DNA from: an uncultured Actinomycetota bacterium
Lineage (GTDB): Bacteria; Actinomycetota; Actinomycetes; Mycobacteriales; Mycobacteriaceae
Length of the DNA: 64,000 nucleotides
Direction of reading: 5' to 3'
Assembly (NCBI GenBank): GCA_963772875.1
Contig: CAVYZE010000014.1
Coordinates: 263,977-327,976, forward strand
Below are positions 39,604 through 52,419 of this stretch, piece after piece. The notes beneath the pieces were generated by a model that was given only the letters and a program-made list of their open reading frames with translations, searched no databases and was not told where the DNA came from. The position numbers were made by a program, and so were the translations under genes. The number at the start of each line of letters is the position of its first letter. The stretch's first letter is position 1.

Positions 39604-41643
39604 ATGATCATGGTGACGCCCCGGTCGCCCGGGGAACACCGGAGCACGGGGCTGAGTCGTGTCGAGGTCACCAAGCACTGGCGGTTCGGCGGCGGATCGA
39701 ACGGGTCGGTCCCGCAGAGCCCGTGGAACGCGCTCTGGGCGATGATGATCGGCTTCTTCATGATCATGGTCGACGCGACCATCGTCCCCATCGCCAACCC
39801 GACCATCATGGCCGACCTGGGCATCGGCTACGCCGCCGTGGTTTGGGTGACCAGCGCCTATCTGCTGGGGTTTGCGGTGGTGTTGCCGGTGTCCGGGCGG
39901 CTTGGTGACCGGTTCGGCCCCAAGAATCTCTACCTGATCGGCCTGGTGGTGTTCACCCTCGCCTCGATGTGGTGTGGGCTGTCGGGCAGCGCCGGCATGC
40001 TCATTGCCGCTCGAGTTGTGCAGGGTGTGGGCGCCGGCCTGCTCACCCCGCAGACCCTGTCGATACTCACCCGGATGCTTCCGGCGCAGCGGCGCGGAGT
40101 TGCGGTCAGCGTGTGGGGTGCCACCGCGGGCGTCGGCAGCCTGGTGGGGCCATTGGCCGGCGGCGCGCTGGCCGGCGGGCCGGGTTGGCAGTGGATTTTC
40201 TTCGTCAACGTGCCCGTCGGCATCCTCGGGCTGGCGCTGGCGGCGTGGTTGGTTCCGGTGCTGCCCACCCAGGCGCACCGGTTTGACCTGCTCGGCGTCG
40301 GGTTGTCCGGGGTGGGCATCTTTTTGATCGTCTTCGGCCTGCAACAGGGCGAGGCCGCCCGCTGGCAGCCCTGGATCTGGGCGACGATCGTCGCTGGCGC
40401 CGGGTTCATCTCGGTGTTCGTCTATTGGCAGTCGATCAACACCCGCGAGCCGCTGATTCCGCTGGTCATTTTCCGCAATCGGGAGTTCAGCCTGTGCGCC
40501 ATCGGGGTCGCCATCATCGGCTTCGCGACGACGACGATGTTTCTGCCGCTGACGTTCTACGCGCAGACGGTGTGCGGGCTGTCACCCACGCGCTCGGCCC
40601 TCCTGATTGCGCCGATGGCGATCGCCAACGGTGTGTTCGCGCCCTTTGTCGGCAGGATCGTCGACATCTACCATCCGCGGCCGGTCCTGGGCTTCGGATT
40701 TTCCGTGCTGGCGATCGCGCTGACCTGGCTGTCGTTCGAGATGGTCCCGGGCGCGCCGATCTGGCGGCTCGTGCTGCCGTTCTTTTTCGTCGGTGTGGGA
40801 AGCCCGTTCGTCTGGTCGACGCTGACCGCCACCGCGACTCGCAACCTGCCCTCGCACCTGGCCGGCGCGAGCTCTGGGGTTTACAACGTGACCCTGCAGC
40901 TCGGGTCGGTGCTCGGCAGCGCCAGCATGGCCGCATTCATGACGTGGCGGATCGGTGCCGAGATGCCGCTGGAAGCGCCCGTCCCGAAGGCCACCACCAC
41001 CGCCTTGCAACTGCCCGAATTCCTCCGCGAGCCGTTCTCGGCCGCCATGTCGCAGTCGATGCTCTTGCCCGCGTTCATCGCGTTGTTCGGAATCGTCGCC
41101 GCGCTGTTCCTGGGCGGCTTCAGGTTTTCGGCGATCACCCACATTGGCAGGGGCGGCGACCTGCCCGACCACGGCGATGTCAGTGCCGACGACTATGACG
41201 ACGACGACGATTACGTCGAGCTGATACTGCGTCGTGAACCGGGCGTCGACCCCCAGCCCCGGGTCGAGACCAACACGGCGTACGAAGAGGAGGGCGACAC
41301 CGAGCCCTTGGGGCAGCGGTTCGGCATCCCAGGCCCGGCACCGGCCGACGCATGGCCAAGCGGCCCGCTCGATGACCCGACTCCGCAGGCCCAACCAATC
41401 GGTTTCGCCCACAACGGCTTCCATGTCGAGGGCGAACGGCGCTTCCGTCCGCTCGCCGAGCTGACGACTCCTACGCCCAAGTCCGGGCCACCCGGCGATC
41501 GGTTTGCACCGCCGCCGGAAAAGCGCCGCAACGGTTCCGCGCATCATCGGCTCGCCGAGGGTGACGCGCCGCGGGGCCAGCATTACCGTGCCGATCACGA
41601 CGACAACCCCACCGGACGAGGTCGGCACTCGTCCGGCAACTAG
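39604..41643 (+). CDS. DHA2-family MFS efflux transporter (Rv1250-like)
   Basis: [21 protein letters not shown] motif [11 protein letters not shown], about 14 TM helices; long acidic/Pro-rich tail. Confidence 0.92.
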   Translation: MIMVTPRSPGEHRSTGLSRVEVTKHWRFGGGSNGSVPQSPWNALWAMMIGFFMIMVDATIVPIANPTIMADLGIGYAAVVWVTSAYLLGFAVVLPVSGRLGDRFGPKNLYLIGLVVFTLASMWCGLSGSAGMLIAARVVQGVGAGLLTPQTLSILTRMLPAQRRGVAVSVWGATAGVGSLVGPLAGGALAGGPGWQWIFFVNVPVGILGLALAAWLVPVLPTQAHRFDLLGVGLSGVGIFLIVFGLQQGEAARWQPWIWATIVAGAGFISVFVYWQSINTREPLIPLVIFRNREFSLCAIGVAIIGFATTTMFLPLTFYAQTVCGLSPTRSALLIAPMAIANGVFAPFVGRIVDIYHPRPVLGFGFSVLAIALTWLSFEMVPGAPIWRLVLPFFFVGVGSPFVWSTLTATATRNLPSHLAGASSGVYNVTLQLGSVLGSASMAAFMTWRIGAEMPLEAPVPKATTTALQLPEFLREPFSAAMSQSMLLPAFIALFGIVAALFLGGFRFSAITHIGRGGDLPDHGDVSADDYDDDDDYVELILRREPGVDPQPRVETNTAYEEEGDTEPLGQRFGIPGPAPADAWPSGPLDDPTPQAQPIGFAHNGFHVEGERRFRPLAELTTPTPKSGPPGDRFAPPPEKRRNGSAHHRLAEGDAPRGQHYRADHDDNPTGRGRHSSGN

Positions 41644-41649
41644 CCGGCT

Positions 41650-44600
41650 TTAGCCGCGCGTGTCTGAAGTGGGCTCCGTCAGCGCCAAGAACGCGCCCAG
41701 GTCGATCAGCCCCGCGGGCGTGGCCGGCAGGTAGTCGGTCAGCGACTGCGAGCGCACGATCACCGCTGCATACTGCGCCCGGCTGACGGCGACGTTGAGC
41801 CGATTCCTGTTGAGCAGGAAGGAAATTCCTCGTGGCACCACGTCAACGGACGAAGCCGTCATCGAGATGAAGACCACTGGCGCCTGACCGCCCTGGAATT
41901 TGTCGACGGTTCCCACCCGGACCCCGCCGAGCCCGGCGGAGGTCAATCGCTGACGCAGCAGCGCCACCTGGGCGTTATAGGGCGCCAGCACCAGCACATC
42001 GGCGGCGGCCAACGGACGGCTGCCATGCTCGTCGGTCCACGACGCGCCGAGCAGCCGCCCGATCTCGGCGACAATCGCGTCGGCCTCCTGTGTGCTCTCG
42101 GTCGAGTTGCCTTGGTGTGCAACGGAAAGCACATGCAGGCCGGGCCGATACCCGTCGAGGCGACGCGCGCCCGTGCACTCGTCGTGGCAACGCAGCCTGC
42201 CCTCGTAGGACAGGGTGGAGACCGCGGCGCAGACGGCCGGGTGCATCCGGTACGAGCGGTCCAGGAAGTAGCCGCGCTCGTCGGGCAGCGTGCTCTGACC
42301 GTCCACCAGCCAATCCAGCGCGGAGGTGTCCACCGGCTCGGGATGCGTGCCCTGACTGACCTGCGGCAACTGCTGGGGGTCCCCGAGCAGCAAGAGATTC
42401 GCGGCGGCCGGCGCGACGGCGATGGTGTTGGCCAGACAGAACTGGCCGGCCTCGTCGATCACCAGCAGATCCAGGCTGCGTGGGAGAACCCGGTTGGCGT
42501 TGGCGAAATCCCATGCGGTACCACCGATCACGCATCCTTGCGGGCCGGCGATGAATGCGGCGTAATCGCCGCCGTCGATCTCCTGCCACCGCGGAGCGCT
42601 GTGGTCGTAGCGCTTCTTCGCCACCCGTCCGGGGTCCAGCCCGGCGTCGATCACACAATCCAACAGGTTCTCCACCGTGGCGTGCGATTGCGCGACGACA
42701 CCGATGCGCCAGCCATGTTCGGTCACCAGGTGCCCGATCACCCTTGCGGCGGTGTGCGTCTTGCCGGTCCCCGGCGGCCCGTGCACCGCCAGGTACGACG
42801 AATCCAAATCCAGTGCCGCGGCGGTGATGTCGGCGACGGTGTCGGTGCCGCGCGGTAGCGGGGCGCCGCTGCGGGTCCGGGGCGCGCGGCGCAGCAGGAT
42901 ATCGACCACGGCGGTGCGGGGGAGCTGTGGCAACCCGGCGGCCACGACGGCGGCGGTCGATTCGATCGACTCCCGCAGTGCCGTTGTCGGAACGGGCGGC
43001 CCGGGGGTAATCGCGAACGGCAGCTGGTGAAACGTTGTGCCGTTGCTGCCAACTCGCTCCACGATGACCACCTCGGTGGGGACCGTCTGATCGTCGGATT
43101 CGGCAACCACGGCCCGCCCGGCCGCCCGCCGATCGGGATTGTCGCTCATGCCCGGCGGGGCGGGCGGCTCGTAGAGGGCGAACACGTTCGTCATCAGGTC
43201 GCCGCGCGCCAGCTCACCGCGCAGCTGCACCCGTCGCTGGGCTTTACGCGCGCGCGCAGGCGTGTGCCAGTCGACGCTCACCGCCGCGTGCTCGGCGATG
43301 AAAACGTCGGTGCTGTCAGCCCATTCGTCGACGGGGAAGTTCAGCCGGTCGAAGTGCGCCCACCAGAACGGTTTGTCCTCGCGCCGGTGGTAGCCGCGCG
43401 CGGCGGCCACCAGCGCCACCGCCGTCTGCTCGGGTGTGCGGTCGGCCACCGCGGCATCGCCGGTGAACGTCGACAACGTGACCGCCAGCTGGTCACGGTC
43501 GTCGACGGCGTTTCCCTCGGGAACCGGTTGAGCGCCAATCGGTACGACGCCGGATTCGTAGGCGCGCAGCATCAGCCAGTTGCGCAGTTCGCGAGTCGAC
43601 CGGCAGTCGTAATGGTTGTAGTCCTCGATCTCTTTGAGCACGCTCGCGGCCTCCTCCTGGCGTCCCTTAGCCAGCAGCTCGCAGTACCGCGCGTAGGAGG
43701 TGATCGAATCGGTGGCCGTCGTGACGTCACCGACGCGCAGCTGTGCCCCCATGTAGAGCGGTTCCAGGGCCTTCAGGCTGAACGACTCCGCTCCCACTCG
43801 AATGCTCTTGCGCACCAACGGGTACAGGTCGACCAGGGTCCCGCTGCGCAGTAGCTCGTCGACCTCGTCCTCGCCGACTCCGTAGCGTCCGGCGAGCCGC
43901 AACAAGGCGGTCTTCTCGTAGGGCGCGTAATGGTAGATGTGCATGTGGGGGCGGCGCTTGCGGCGCTTTGCGACCATTGCCAAAAAATCGGTCAGCGCCT
44001 TGCGCTCGTCCACCCGGTTGTGCGCCCACAGCGGGCGAAAGTTCCCGGCCGGCCCGGATTCCAAGATGCCGAACAGGTATTCCAGACCCCAGTCGTGCCC
44101 GTTGGCGGTCCACAGCGGGTCGCCTTCGAAGTCGAAGAACAGGTCACCGGGATCCGGCTCGGGTAACAACGTCAGCGGCTGCGGGTCGACGATCTCGAAG
44201 TGTGGGACGCCGGTATCGCGTTGGCGGACTTGCAATTTGGCCTGCGCCGTCAATGTGCCGACGGTGCCGGACCCCAGCTCGGGCACCGGTCCCGCGTGGT
44301 CGGCGAGGCCGGCGATCGTGGTGATTCCGGCGTCAATGAGCTTGTCTCGCTGGCTCACTCGCATGCCGGCGACCAACAGCAGATCGTCAGTCGCACGCAA
44401 CTGCTCGGTGCACAGCGGGCAATGAAAACATGCACTCACGCCCTCGTCCTCCCAGCGCACCGCGGTGCCCCCGGCATGGTGTTCGTCGAGGAGCCCCTGC
44501 AATTGCGCCCGCTGGGCGCGATAAACCGGGATGAGGTCGCAGACGCGATACCGCACAACGGTTCCATCGCCGAGGCGCAGCTCGGCCTCCGGCGCCACCG

Positions 44601-45087
44601 GGACGCCCGAGGCGGCCAGCGCGTCGGCGTAGGCCGCTAACTGCAGCAACGCCCTGACCTTAGGGGAGCGGGCCAGCTTGGTGTCGACGACGCGATATCG
44701 GTCGTCCTCGCGCACCAGGAAGTCGGCGAAACCGACGAAGCGGCCGTCGAACAGGGCGGCCTGATACACCGCGGGAGCGCCGTTGTCGATGGCGTGCCGG
44801 GTTGCCTCGGCAGCGGCCGACAGCCCCGCGAGCGTGGGCGCGGGGCGGCCGATGACCGCGACCGCACCCCCGAACTCGTCGCGCAATCGTTGCAGTTCCC
44901 GCCGCTCATGGTCGTCACCGAGGGCGGCGGTTCGCGCGAGCAGTTCGTCGGGGGCGGACTCCGGGGTGGTGACGGTGGGACCCCGGCCGAGCTTTGCGTC
45001 GAAGTCCCGCAACAGGGCGTACTGGCACTCGGCGGCGGCGGCAAGATCCGACGCGCTGTACACGATGCGGTCGCCGGTGACGAACAC
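41650..45087 (-). CDS. RecB-like nuclease / RNase H-like / SF1 helicase fusion (TM0106 family, Rv1251c-like)
   Basis: GFADFL..VVDTKL (PD-D/ExK), FFDFEG, GPPGTGKT, IDEAGQ, GDPQQL, TVDKFQG, NVAVSRA. Confidence 0.9.
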   Translation of the reverse strand: MFVTGDRIVYSASDLAAAAECQYALLRDFDAKLGRGPTVTTPESAPDELLARTAALGDDHERRELQRLRDEFGGAVAVIGRPAPTLAGLSAAAEATRHAIDNGAPAVYQAALFDGRFVGFADFLVREDDRYRVVDTKLARSPKVRALLQLAAYADALAASGVPVAPEAELRLGDGTVVRYRVCDLIPVYRAQRAQLQGLLDEHHAGGTAVRWEDEGVSACFHCPLCTEQLRATDDLLLVAGMRVSQRDKLIDAGITTIAGLADHAGPVPELGSGTVGTLTAQAKLQVRQRDTGVPHFEIVDPQPLTLLPEPDPGDLFFDFEGDPLWTANGHDWGLEYLFGILESGPAGNFRPLWAHNRVDERKALTDFLAMVAKRRKRRPHMHIYHYAPYEKTALLRLAGRYGVGEDEVDELLRSGTLVDLYPLVRKSIRVGAESFSLKALEPLYMGAQLRVGDVTTATDSITSYARYCELLAKGRQEEAASVLKEIEDYNHYDCRSTRELRNWLMLRAYESGVVPIGAQPVPEGNAVDDRDQLAVTLSTFTGDAAVADRTPEQTAVALVAAARGYHRREDKPFWWAHFDRLNFPVDEWADSTDVFIAEHAAVSVDWHTPARARKAQRRVQLRGELARGDLMTNVFALYEPPAPPGMSDNPDRRAAGRAVVAESDDQTVPTEVVIVERVGSNGTTFHQLPFAITPGPPVPTTALRESIESTAAVVAAGLPQLPRTAVVDILLRRAPRTRSGAPLPRGTDTVADITAAALDLDSSYLAVHGPPGTGKTHTAARVIGHLVTEHGWRIGVVAQSHATVENLLDCVIDAGLDPGRVAKKRYDHSAPRWQEIDGGDYAAFIAGPQGCVIGGTAWDFANANRVLPRSLDLLVIDEAGQFCLANTIAVAPAAANLLLLGDPQQLPQVSQGTHPEPVDTSALDWLVDGQSTLPDERGYFLDRSYRMHPAVCAAVSTLSYEGRLRCHDECTGARRLDGYRPGLHVLSVAHQGNSTESTQEADAIVAEIGRLLGASWTDEHGSRPLAAADVLVLAPYNAQVALLRQRLTSAGLGGVRVGTVDKFQGGQAPVVFISMTASSVDVVPRGISFLLNRNRLNVAVSRAQYAAVIVRSQSLTDYLPATPAGLIDLGAFLALTEPTSDTRG

Positions 45088-45145
45088 AGCAGCAACTGTA
45101 GGTGAGCGGTCTGACAGTCGGGCGGTTCTCTATGGCGCCCGCGCG

Positions 45146-45739
45146 TCAGCGGCCGGTGGTGTTACCGATCAGCTCGACCCCGTTGCCGTTCCAATGGAAC
45201 CTCACCGAGGTGTTCAGGCCGTTGAGACCGCTGGGGTACGTCAGCGCCACCGTGTCGCCGGTGGACTGCGATGCGTCGATGCCGTTGAACCCGTAGGTGT
45301 CGGGCACCCCCTGGGGGATGAACTGGCCGAGATGGAACAGCACCGCCCGGGTAGTGGGACTGACGGCGTTCGTGTTGGCCTTGATGATCACCGCCGAGAG
45401 CTGAGCGCACTGGTTGTAGTTACCTGCCAGCGGCTCCGGGCTCCAGGGCTGCGCGCTGCGGGGATCGCGAGGCAGCTCGGAGACCACTTTGGCGATCGTG
45501 GGCGAGGCGAGGTCGACCGCGCACGGATCGGCCGGAGGTGCGCTGCTGGGCGGGGTGGCGCCCGCGGTTGCGGCGCCCGGTGTGGCCGGGGCGGTGATCG
45601 AAGCGGTCGCGCTGGTCGTCGCCTGAGGCGTCTTGGCGACCGTGGAATCCCCGGAACCGCAGCCGCTCAGCGGCGCGGCGATCAACACGACAGCCGCCAG
45701 GCCGGTCAATGGCTCGGCATGGCACGGTAGCGACCACAC
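45146..45739 (-). CDS. lprE: LppP/LprE-family lipoprotein
   Basis: Lipobox LSGC, Ala/Thr/Pro linker, LSAVIIK..AVLFHLG.F domain; start placed at GTG 45739. Confidence 0.82.
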   Translation of the reverse strand: MWSLPCHAEPLTGLAAVVLIAAPLSGCGSGDSTVAKTPQATTSATASITAPATPGAATAGATPPSSAPPADPCAVDLASPTIAKVVSELPRDPRSAQPWSPEPLAGNYNQCAQLSAVIIKANTNAVSPTTRAVLFHLGQFIPQGVPDTYGFNGIDASQSTGDTVALTYPSGLNGLNTSVRFHWNGNGVELIGNTTGR

Positions 45740-45827
45740 ATCGCGCACCGTACCGTCATCGGGCTCGCGGATGCGACAGGCGTGCCGCGTGCCGCCGCGC
45801 CCAGCTCTCACCATGCCCAGCCGTCCC

Positions 45828-45970
45828 GCCCAGCTCCGCTGCGCTTGCGATCACCACTGGGCCTGATGGTGGTGACCCGCGGCGCCCAGCTCCGCTGCGC
45901 TTGCGATCACCACTGGGCCTGATGGTGGTGACCCGCGGCGCCCAGCTCCGCTGCGCTTGCGATCACCACT
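45828..45970. repeat. 56-bp REP/MIRU-like tandem repeat, about 2.5 copies
   Basis: Unit gcccagctccgctgcgcttgcgatcaccactgggcctgatggtggtgacccgcggc at 45828, 45884; partial at 45940. Confidence 0.92.
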
Positions 45971-45984
45971 AAACTCCGTGGGCA

Positions 45985-47714
<1,730 letters not shown>

Positions 47715-47718
<4 letters not shown>

Positions 47719-48866
47719 CCCTGTCGGAGGAAAGAGACGCCCAGGGCGGCCTCGAGCAGGTCTCACATGTCGACCGGGTCGCTTCGCTGACCGGTGTCCG
47801 TGCAGTCGCCGCCGTGCTCGTGGTCGGCACCCACGCGGCTTACACCACCGGCAAGTACACCCACGGCTACTGGGGCCTGGTCGGCGCCCGGATGGAAATC
47901 GGCGTTCCCATCTTCTTCGTGCTCTCGGGGTTTCTGCTTTTCCGCCCGTGGGTGAAATCGGCCGCCACCGGCGGTCCGCCGCCTTCGCTGATTCGCTATG
48001 CGCGGCACCGGTTTCGGCGCATCATGCCCGCCTACCTCGTCACCGTGCTGTTCGCTTACGTTCTGTATCACTTCCGCGCGGCCGGACCCAACCCCGGGCA
48101 CAGTTGGCTGGGACTGGTCCGCAACCTCACGTTGACGCAGATCTACACCGACGGCTACCTCGGTAAGTACCTGCATCAGGGCCTGACCCAAATGTGGAGC
48201 CTGGCGGTGGAGGCGGCCTTCTACGTCACACTGCCGTTTTTGGCGTACCTGTTGCTGGTGCTGCTTTGTCGGCGGAGGTGGCAGCCGAGGTTGCTGGTGG
48301 GCGCTCTGCTGGCACTGACCTTGATCAGCCCGGCATGGCTGGTGCTGGTGCACACCGATCACTGGTTTGCCGATGGCGCTCGGCTGTGGCTGCCGACCTA
48401 CCTATGTTGGTTCCTCGGTGGCATGTTGCTGGCCGCGCTGCAGGCGATGGGCGCGCATTGCTATGCGTTCGTGGCCATTCCGCTAGCGGTCATCAGCTAT
48501 TTCATCGTCTCCACCCCGATCGGGGGCGCACCCACGACGTCGCCGTCAGCGGTGAGCGAGGCGCTGGTCAAGACCATGTTCTATTGCGTGATCGCCACGC
48601 TTGCGGTGGCGCCGCTGGCTCTGGGTGACGCCCCGGGTATGCAGGGGTGGTACTGGCGGCTGCTGGCATCCCGGCCGATGGTGTGGCTCGGCGAGATCTC
48701 CTACGAGATCTTCCTGATCCATCTCATAACGATGGAATTTACAATGGTTTACGTGGTGCGGGATCACGTGTACACCGGCTCGATGCTCAACCTGTTCGTC
48801 GCGACACTGGTGCTGACGATTCCGTTGGCCTGGCTGCTACACCGCTTCACTCGGGTGCCCGCTTAG
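47715..48866 (+). CDS. acyltransferase-3 family membrane protein (Rv1254-like)
   Basis: LTGVRAVAA, FFVLSGFLL, RRIMPAY, WSLAVE, GEISYEIFLIH. Confidence 0.92.
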
Positions 48867-49448
48867 GCGCGCCGGTGTCAGGATCGGGACGAGGAACTCC
48901 TCGATCATCGCCCGCTCGTCGGCTTCGTCGTGGCCCGGGTACATCAGCAGCGAGGTGAGCACCCGCACCACCCAACGGGCCCGGCGGTCGACGACGGCGT
49001 GGTCTTCGGGACCGAGCGAGTTGACGAAGGCGGCGGCCAGGGCGGTGATCACCTCGGACTGTCCGGCCACTTCGCCGCCGATTGGCGGACGGTTGATGGC
49101 GAACCACGATGCCAACGCGGGATTGTCGCGAACCATCCGCAATGCGGCGGTGATGCTCGCGATCAATCGTTCGCGCGGATCCTCGATGCCGTCGATCTCC
49201 GCCCTGATCGCGCGGCTGAGCCGGCGGGCCTCGCGGTGCACGTAAGCGGTCTGCAGCGCCTCGCGGTTCTCGAAGTACCGGTATAGCGTCGCGCGGGAAC
49301 ACCCTGCGGCCCTGGCGATTTCGTTCATGCCGATCGACGCCTGGTCCCGCGCGGTGTAGAGTTCCTCGGCCGCGTCCAGTATCCGGTCCGCCGCCACTTC
49401 GGTGCGGCGCGCGCCCAGCCAGTCTTTGCTCTCCCGGGGCGCCGGCAT
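48837..49448 (-). CDS. TetR-family regulator (Rv1255c-like)
   Basis: RILDAAEEL...MNEIARAAGCSRATLYRYF HTH; ATG 49448 abuts the cyp130 stop. Confidence 0.9.
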   Translation of the reverse strand: MPAPRESKDWLGARRTEVAADRILDAAEELYTARDQASIGMNEIARAAGCSRATLYRYFENREALQTAYVHREARRLSRAIRAEIDGIEDPRERLIASITAALRMVRDNPALASWFAINRPPIGGEVAGQSEVITALAAAFVNSLGPEDHAVVDRRARWVVRVLTSLLMYPGHDEADERAMIEEFLVPILTPARLSGHPSEAV

Positions 49449-50689
49449 CAGGACTTCACTCGAATCGGCACCGACAGCGGGCGCCGCACATAGCTGCCGC
49501 CCGACCACACGACGGCGGACTCGTCGACCTCGAAGTCCGGGCAACGGGCCAGCAGCTCGGTCAGGGCGACGCGGGATTGCATCCGGGCCGCGGCCGCGCC
49601 CAGGCAGTGGTGTGCGCCGTGGCTGAACGTCATGATGTTTCGCGGGCATCGGGTCACATCGAGTTCGCCTGCGTCCGAACCATATTGGCGTTCGTCTCGG
49701 TTGGCCGACCCGTACAGCAGGAGTACCCTGCGACCGGCCGGGATGGTGGTGTCGCCAATGGTTACGTCGCGGGTGACCGTGCGTGCCAAGCCCTGCACCG
49801 GCGACGTCAGCCGCAGCAATTCGTCGACCGCATCCCGGATCAGTCTCGGATCGTCAACCAGGAGCCGCCGCTGATCGGGGCGCTGGTGCAGCAATGGCAT
49901 TGACCCGCCCAGCATTCCGGTGGTGGTGTCGTTGCCGCCGGTGACCATCGTGAACGTGAACGCCAGGACCGATAGCGTGCCGGCAATGTCGCCGTTGGCG
50001 CCGACCCCGGCGGTGACCAGGTGCGAGATGGTGTCGTCCTCGGGTTCGGTTCGACGCCGATCGATCAGCCCGGTGAAGTAGGCCATCATCGACCCGACCG
50101 CATCGCCGACAGTCTCCAGTGCGCCGGCGACGCCGCCCTCGGCGGTGTTGGCCGCGACGATCACATCCGTCCAGCCGTCGAATTGCGCGCGATCTTCCTC
50201 GGGCACGCCGAGATAGTGCGCGACCACCATCGACGGCAGGGGCTTGAACAACTCGGCGACGATGTCGCCGCCGCCTTTGGCGCGCAGCTCCTCGATGCGT
50301 TCGACGACGAAGTCGCGCACCTTGGGTTCCACCGCCTCGACCTGTCGCGGTGTGAAACCGCGCGACACCAGCTTGCGAAACTCGGTGTGTACCGGGGGAT
50401 CCTGCATGACAAACGGCGGATTGTCTTGCAGTCCAATCATTTCCAGGTCGCCGTAGCTGACGGTCAGACCCTGTGCGGAGGAGAACGTCTCATGGTCGCG
50501 GGCCGCCGCCCAGACGTCGGCGTGCCGGGACAGTACGTAGTAGTCGTTCTCAGGGCGTTTCGGCGGGACAACGTGGTGCACCGGGTCGTGGTCGCGCAGC
50601 GCGCGGTACATGGGCCAGGGGTTGGGCCAGGTGTCGGCGGTGGCGAGCTGGAACGTCACCGGAGAGCGGTGAGACAATGCCGCAGTCAT
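49448..50689 (-). CDS. cyp130: cytochrome P450 CYP130
   Basis: GGNDT I-helix, ELLR (ExxR), FSHGAHHCLG heme motif; synteny with Rv1256c. Confidence 0.93.
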   Translation of the reverse strand: MTAALSHRSPVTFQLATADTWPNPWPMYRALRDHDPVHHVVPPKRPENDYYVLSRHADVWAAARDHETFSSAQGLTVSYGDLEMIGLQDNPPFVMQDPPVHTEFRKLVSRGFTPRQVEAVEPKVRDFVVERIEELRAKGGGDIVAELFKPLPSMVVAHYLGVPEEDRAQFDGWTDVIVAANTAEGGVAGALETVGDAVGSMMAYFTGLIDRRRTEPEDDTISHLVTAGVGANGDIAGTLSVLAFTFTMVTGGNDTTTGMLGGSMPLLHQRPDQRRLLVDDPRLIRDAVDELLRLTSPVQGLARTVTRDVTIGDTTIPAGRRVLLLYGSANRDERQYGSDAGELDVTRCPRNIMTFSHGAHHCLGAAAARMQSRVALTELLARCPDFEVDESAVVWSGGSYVRRPLSVPIRVKS

Positions 50690-51385
50690 GTCTCATTCGT
50701 ACGACAATCGAGCGATGGTGTCAATAGGGCGGCGCGCGCCTTCCGCCGAGTGTGCATCCTCCACCTGTAGGTTCTCATCCAACATGGCGGAATTCTCATC
50801 TTCGTGACGTCGAAATGGCGGATCCGCATAAAGATGAGAATCAGGTTAGTGGGTCTAAGCGTTAGCGGCACTTTGTTGGTACCCACCCGCTTTCGTCCGT
50901 AGGATTGTTGGAATCGCGAAGTGCGTTGTACACCAACGATATTGGTGATGCCGTCAAGCGCGAACAACATAGCGACACGTCACGGCGGCGTAGCGCATGG
51001 ATATCAGCGGTTATCCATGATTAACCACGCCGTTTTCATCCGATGGATCGCCACCAATCGGCGCGCTGTAGCACGCCGGACTTACCCCGAATGTCATTCT
51101 GGGCTTAATGTGCGGCCCGTAGCAATGACAGCATCGGCCGCGATCGAATCAGCTATGCAGGGCTAGGAGAGCCCCGTACAACGTCTCCTAGAACGACCGC
51201 CACTTGTCGGCATACCAGCACGGCCGCTGTATGCCGTTCTTGGTGGTCTGCGCGACGGCGTTGACGTACTTGCTGAGGGCTTTTACGCGTCTGGTTGAGT
51301 CGTGCTGTTGGTTCCGCGCTGAGGCCACATCGGCGTCGATCCGTTAGGCCATGGCATTGAGCCCGTTGCTTGGCGGTGATCGACT

Positions 51386-51425
51386 GGGGTCTATCCGTGT
51401 GGCTCTCGCCACACGGGTAGACCCC
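51386..51425. terminator. 18-bp stem-loop downstream of the oxidoreductase
   Basis: GGGGTCTATCCGTGTGGC-TCTC-GCCACACGGGTAGACCCC (one G.U position). Confidence 0.55.
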
Positions 51426-51456
51426 GCCGTTCGAATCGTGGTCAATGCCGTCGTTG

Positions 51457-52385
51457 TCATGGGATCAGCAGGGTGCGACCTCGCAGTGCGCCGTCCTCAC
51501 TTTGTTGGTGCACCTGCGCGGTGTCGGCCAGGGGACGCCGCGCGCTGATGTCGAGCTGGAGCTGTCCGCTGTCGACGAGGTCGACGATCTGGGTCAGCTG
51601 GGTCGTGTCGCTGCGCACGCTGAAAAACACGACCCGCTGGGCACGTTCGGGAAATTCCCCACCTGGTGGGGTCGCCGACACCAGGGTTCCGCCTGGCGCA
51701 ATGACGTTGAGCAGGTCTGCGGTGTCGTCGCCGGTGCCGGCGACGAGATTGATCGCGAGATCGACTGGCGCGGCAGTGCGTCGGCGATCTTGGCTGCGGT
51801 GTAGTCGATGATGTGGTCGGCTCCTGCCGCGCGTACGGCGTCGACACTGCGGGGGCTTGCGGTGGCGATCACTTCGGCGCCGGCCTGTTTTGCGAGTTGG
51901 ACGACGAATCCGCCGACACCGCCGCCTGCTCCGTTGACGAGCACGCGCTGCCCGGCGACGAGGTTGCCGTGCTCGAACAGTGCCTGCCAGGCGGTGAGCG
52001 CGGGTACCGGAATCGCGGCGGCGTCGATCAGTGCGATGGTGGCGGGGGCGCGCACGAGCAACTCGGCAGGTGCGTTGACGTATTCGGCGGCGGCCCCCGG
52101 CCCGGTCATGGGAAGGAATCCGATGACCTCGGCCCCGATGGCCGGATCGTCGACGCCGGGGCCGTGGTCGACGACTGTTCCGGCCAGGTCGAGGCCCAAC
52201 GTGTGAGGAAAGCGCACGGGGAAGATCTGGTCGATGGCTCCTGCCCGGAACCAAGTGTCCACCGGGTTGAACGCCGTCGCCGCGACCGCAACGAGCACTT
52301 CTCCGCGGCCGGGCCTTGGTGTCGGGGTCTCTTCGTAGCGTAAGACGTTGATGTCGCCGTACTCGTGAAAACGGATGGCCTTCAT
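51457..52385 (-). pseudogene. NADP-dependent oxidoreductase (MDR/quinone-reductase type), frameshifted
   Basis: MKAIRFHEYG..AFNPVD..TAWQAL..VNGAGGGVG in one frame; C-terminus (PVDLAINLV..GRTLLIP*) in another; single-base deletion near 51772. Confidence 0.8.
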
Positions 52386-52419
52386 AGAATTTTCTCCTAG
52401 AGATGGAAAGGTCGGAGGG

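Noticed and set aside
50686-51166. Short ORFs 50686-50970 and 50921-51166
   Set aside because: No RBS, motifs or host-like codon bias; treated as intergenic.
51188-51352. Short minus-strand frame MA*RIDADVASARNQ...WYADKWRSF*
   Set aside because: Looks codon-like but has an internal stop and no recognisable family; cannot be supported without a search.
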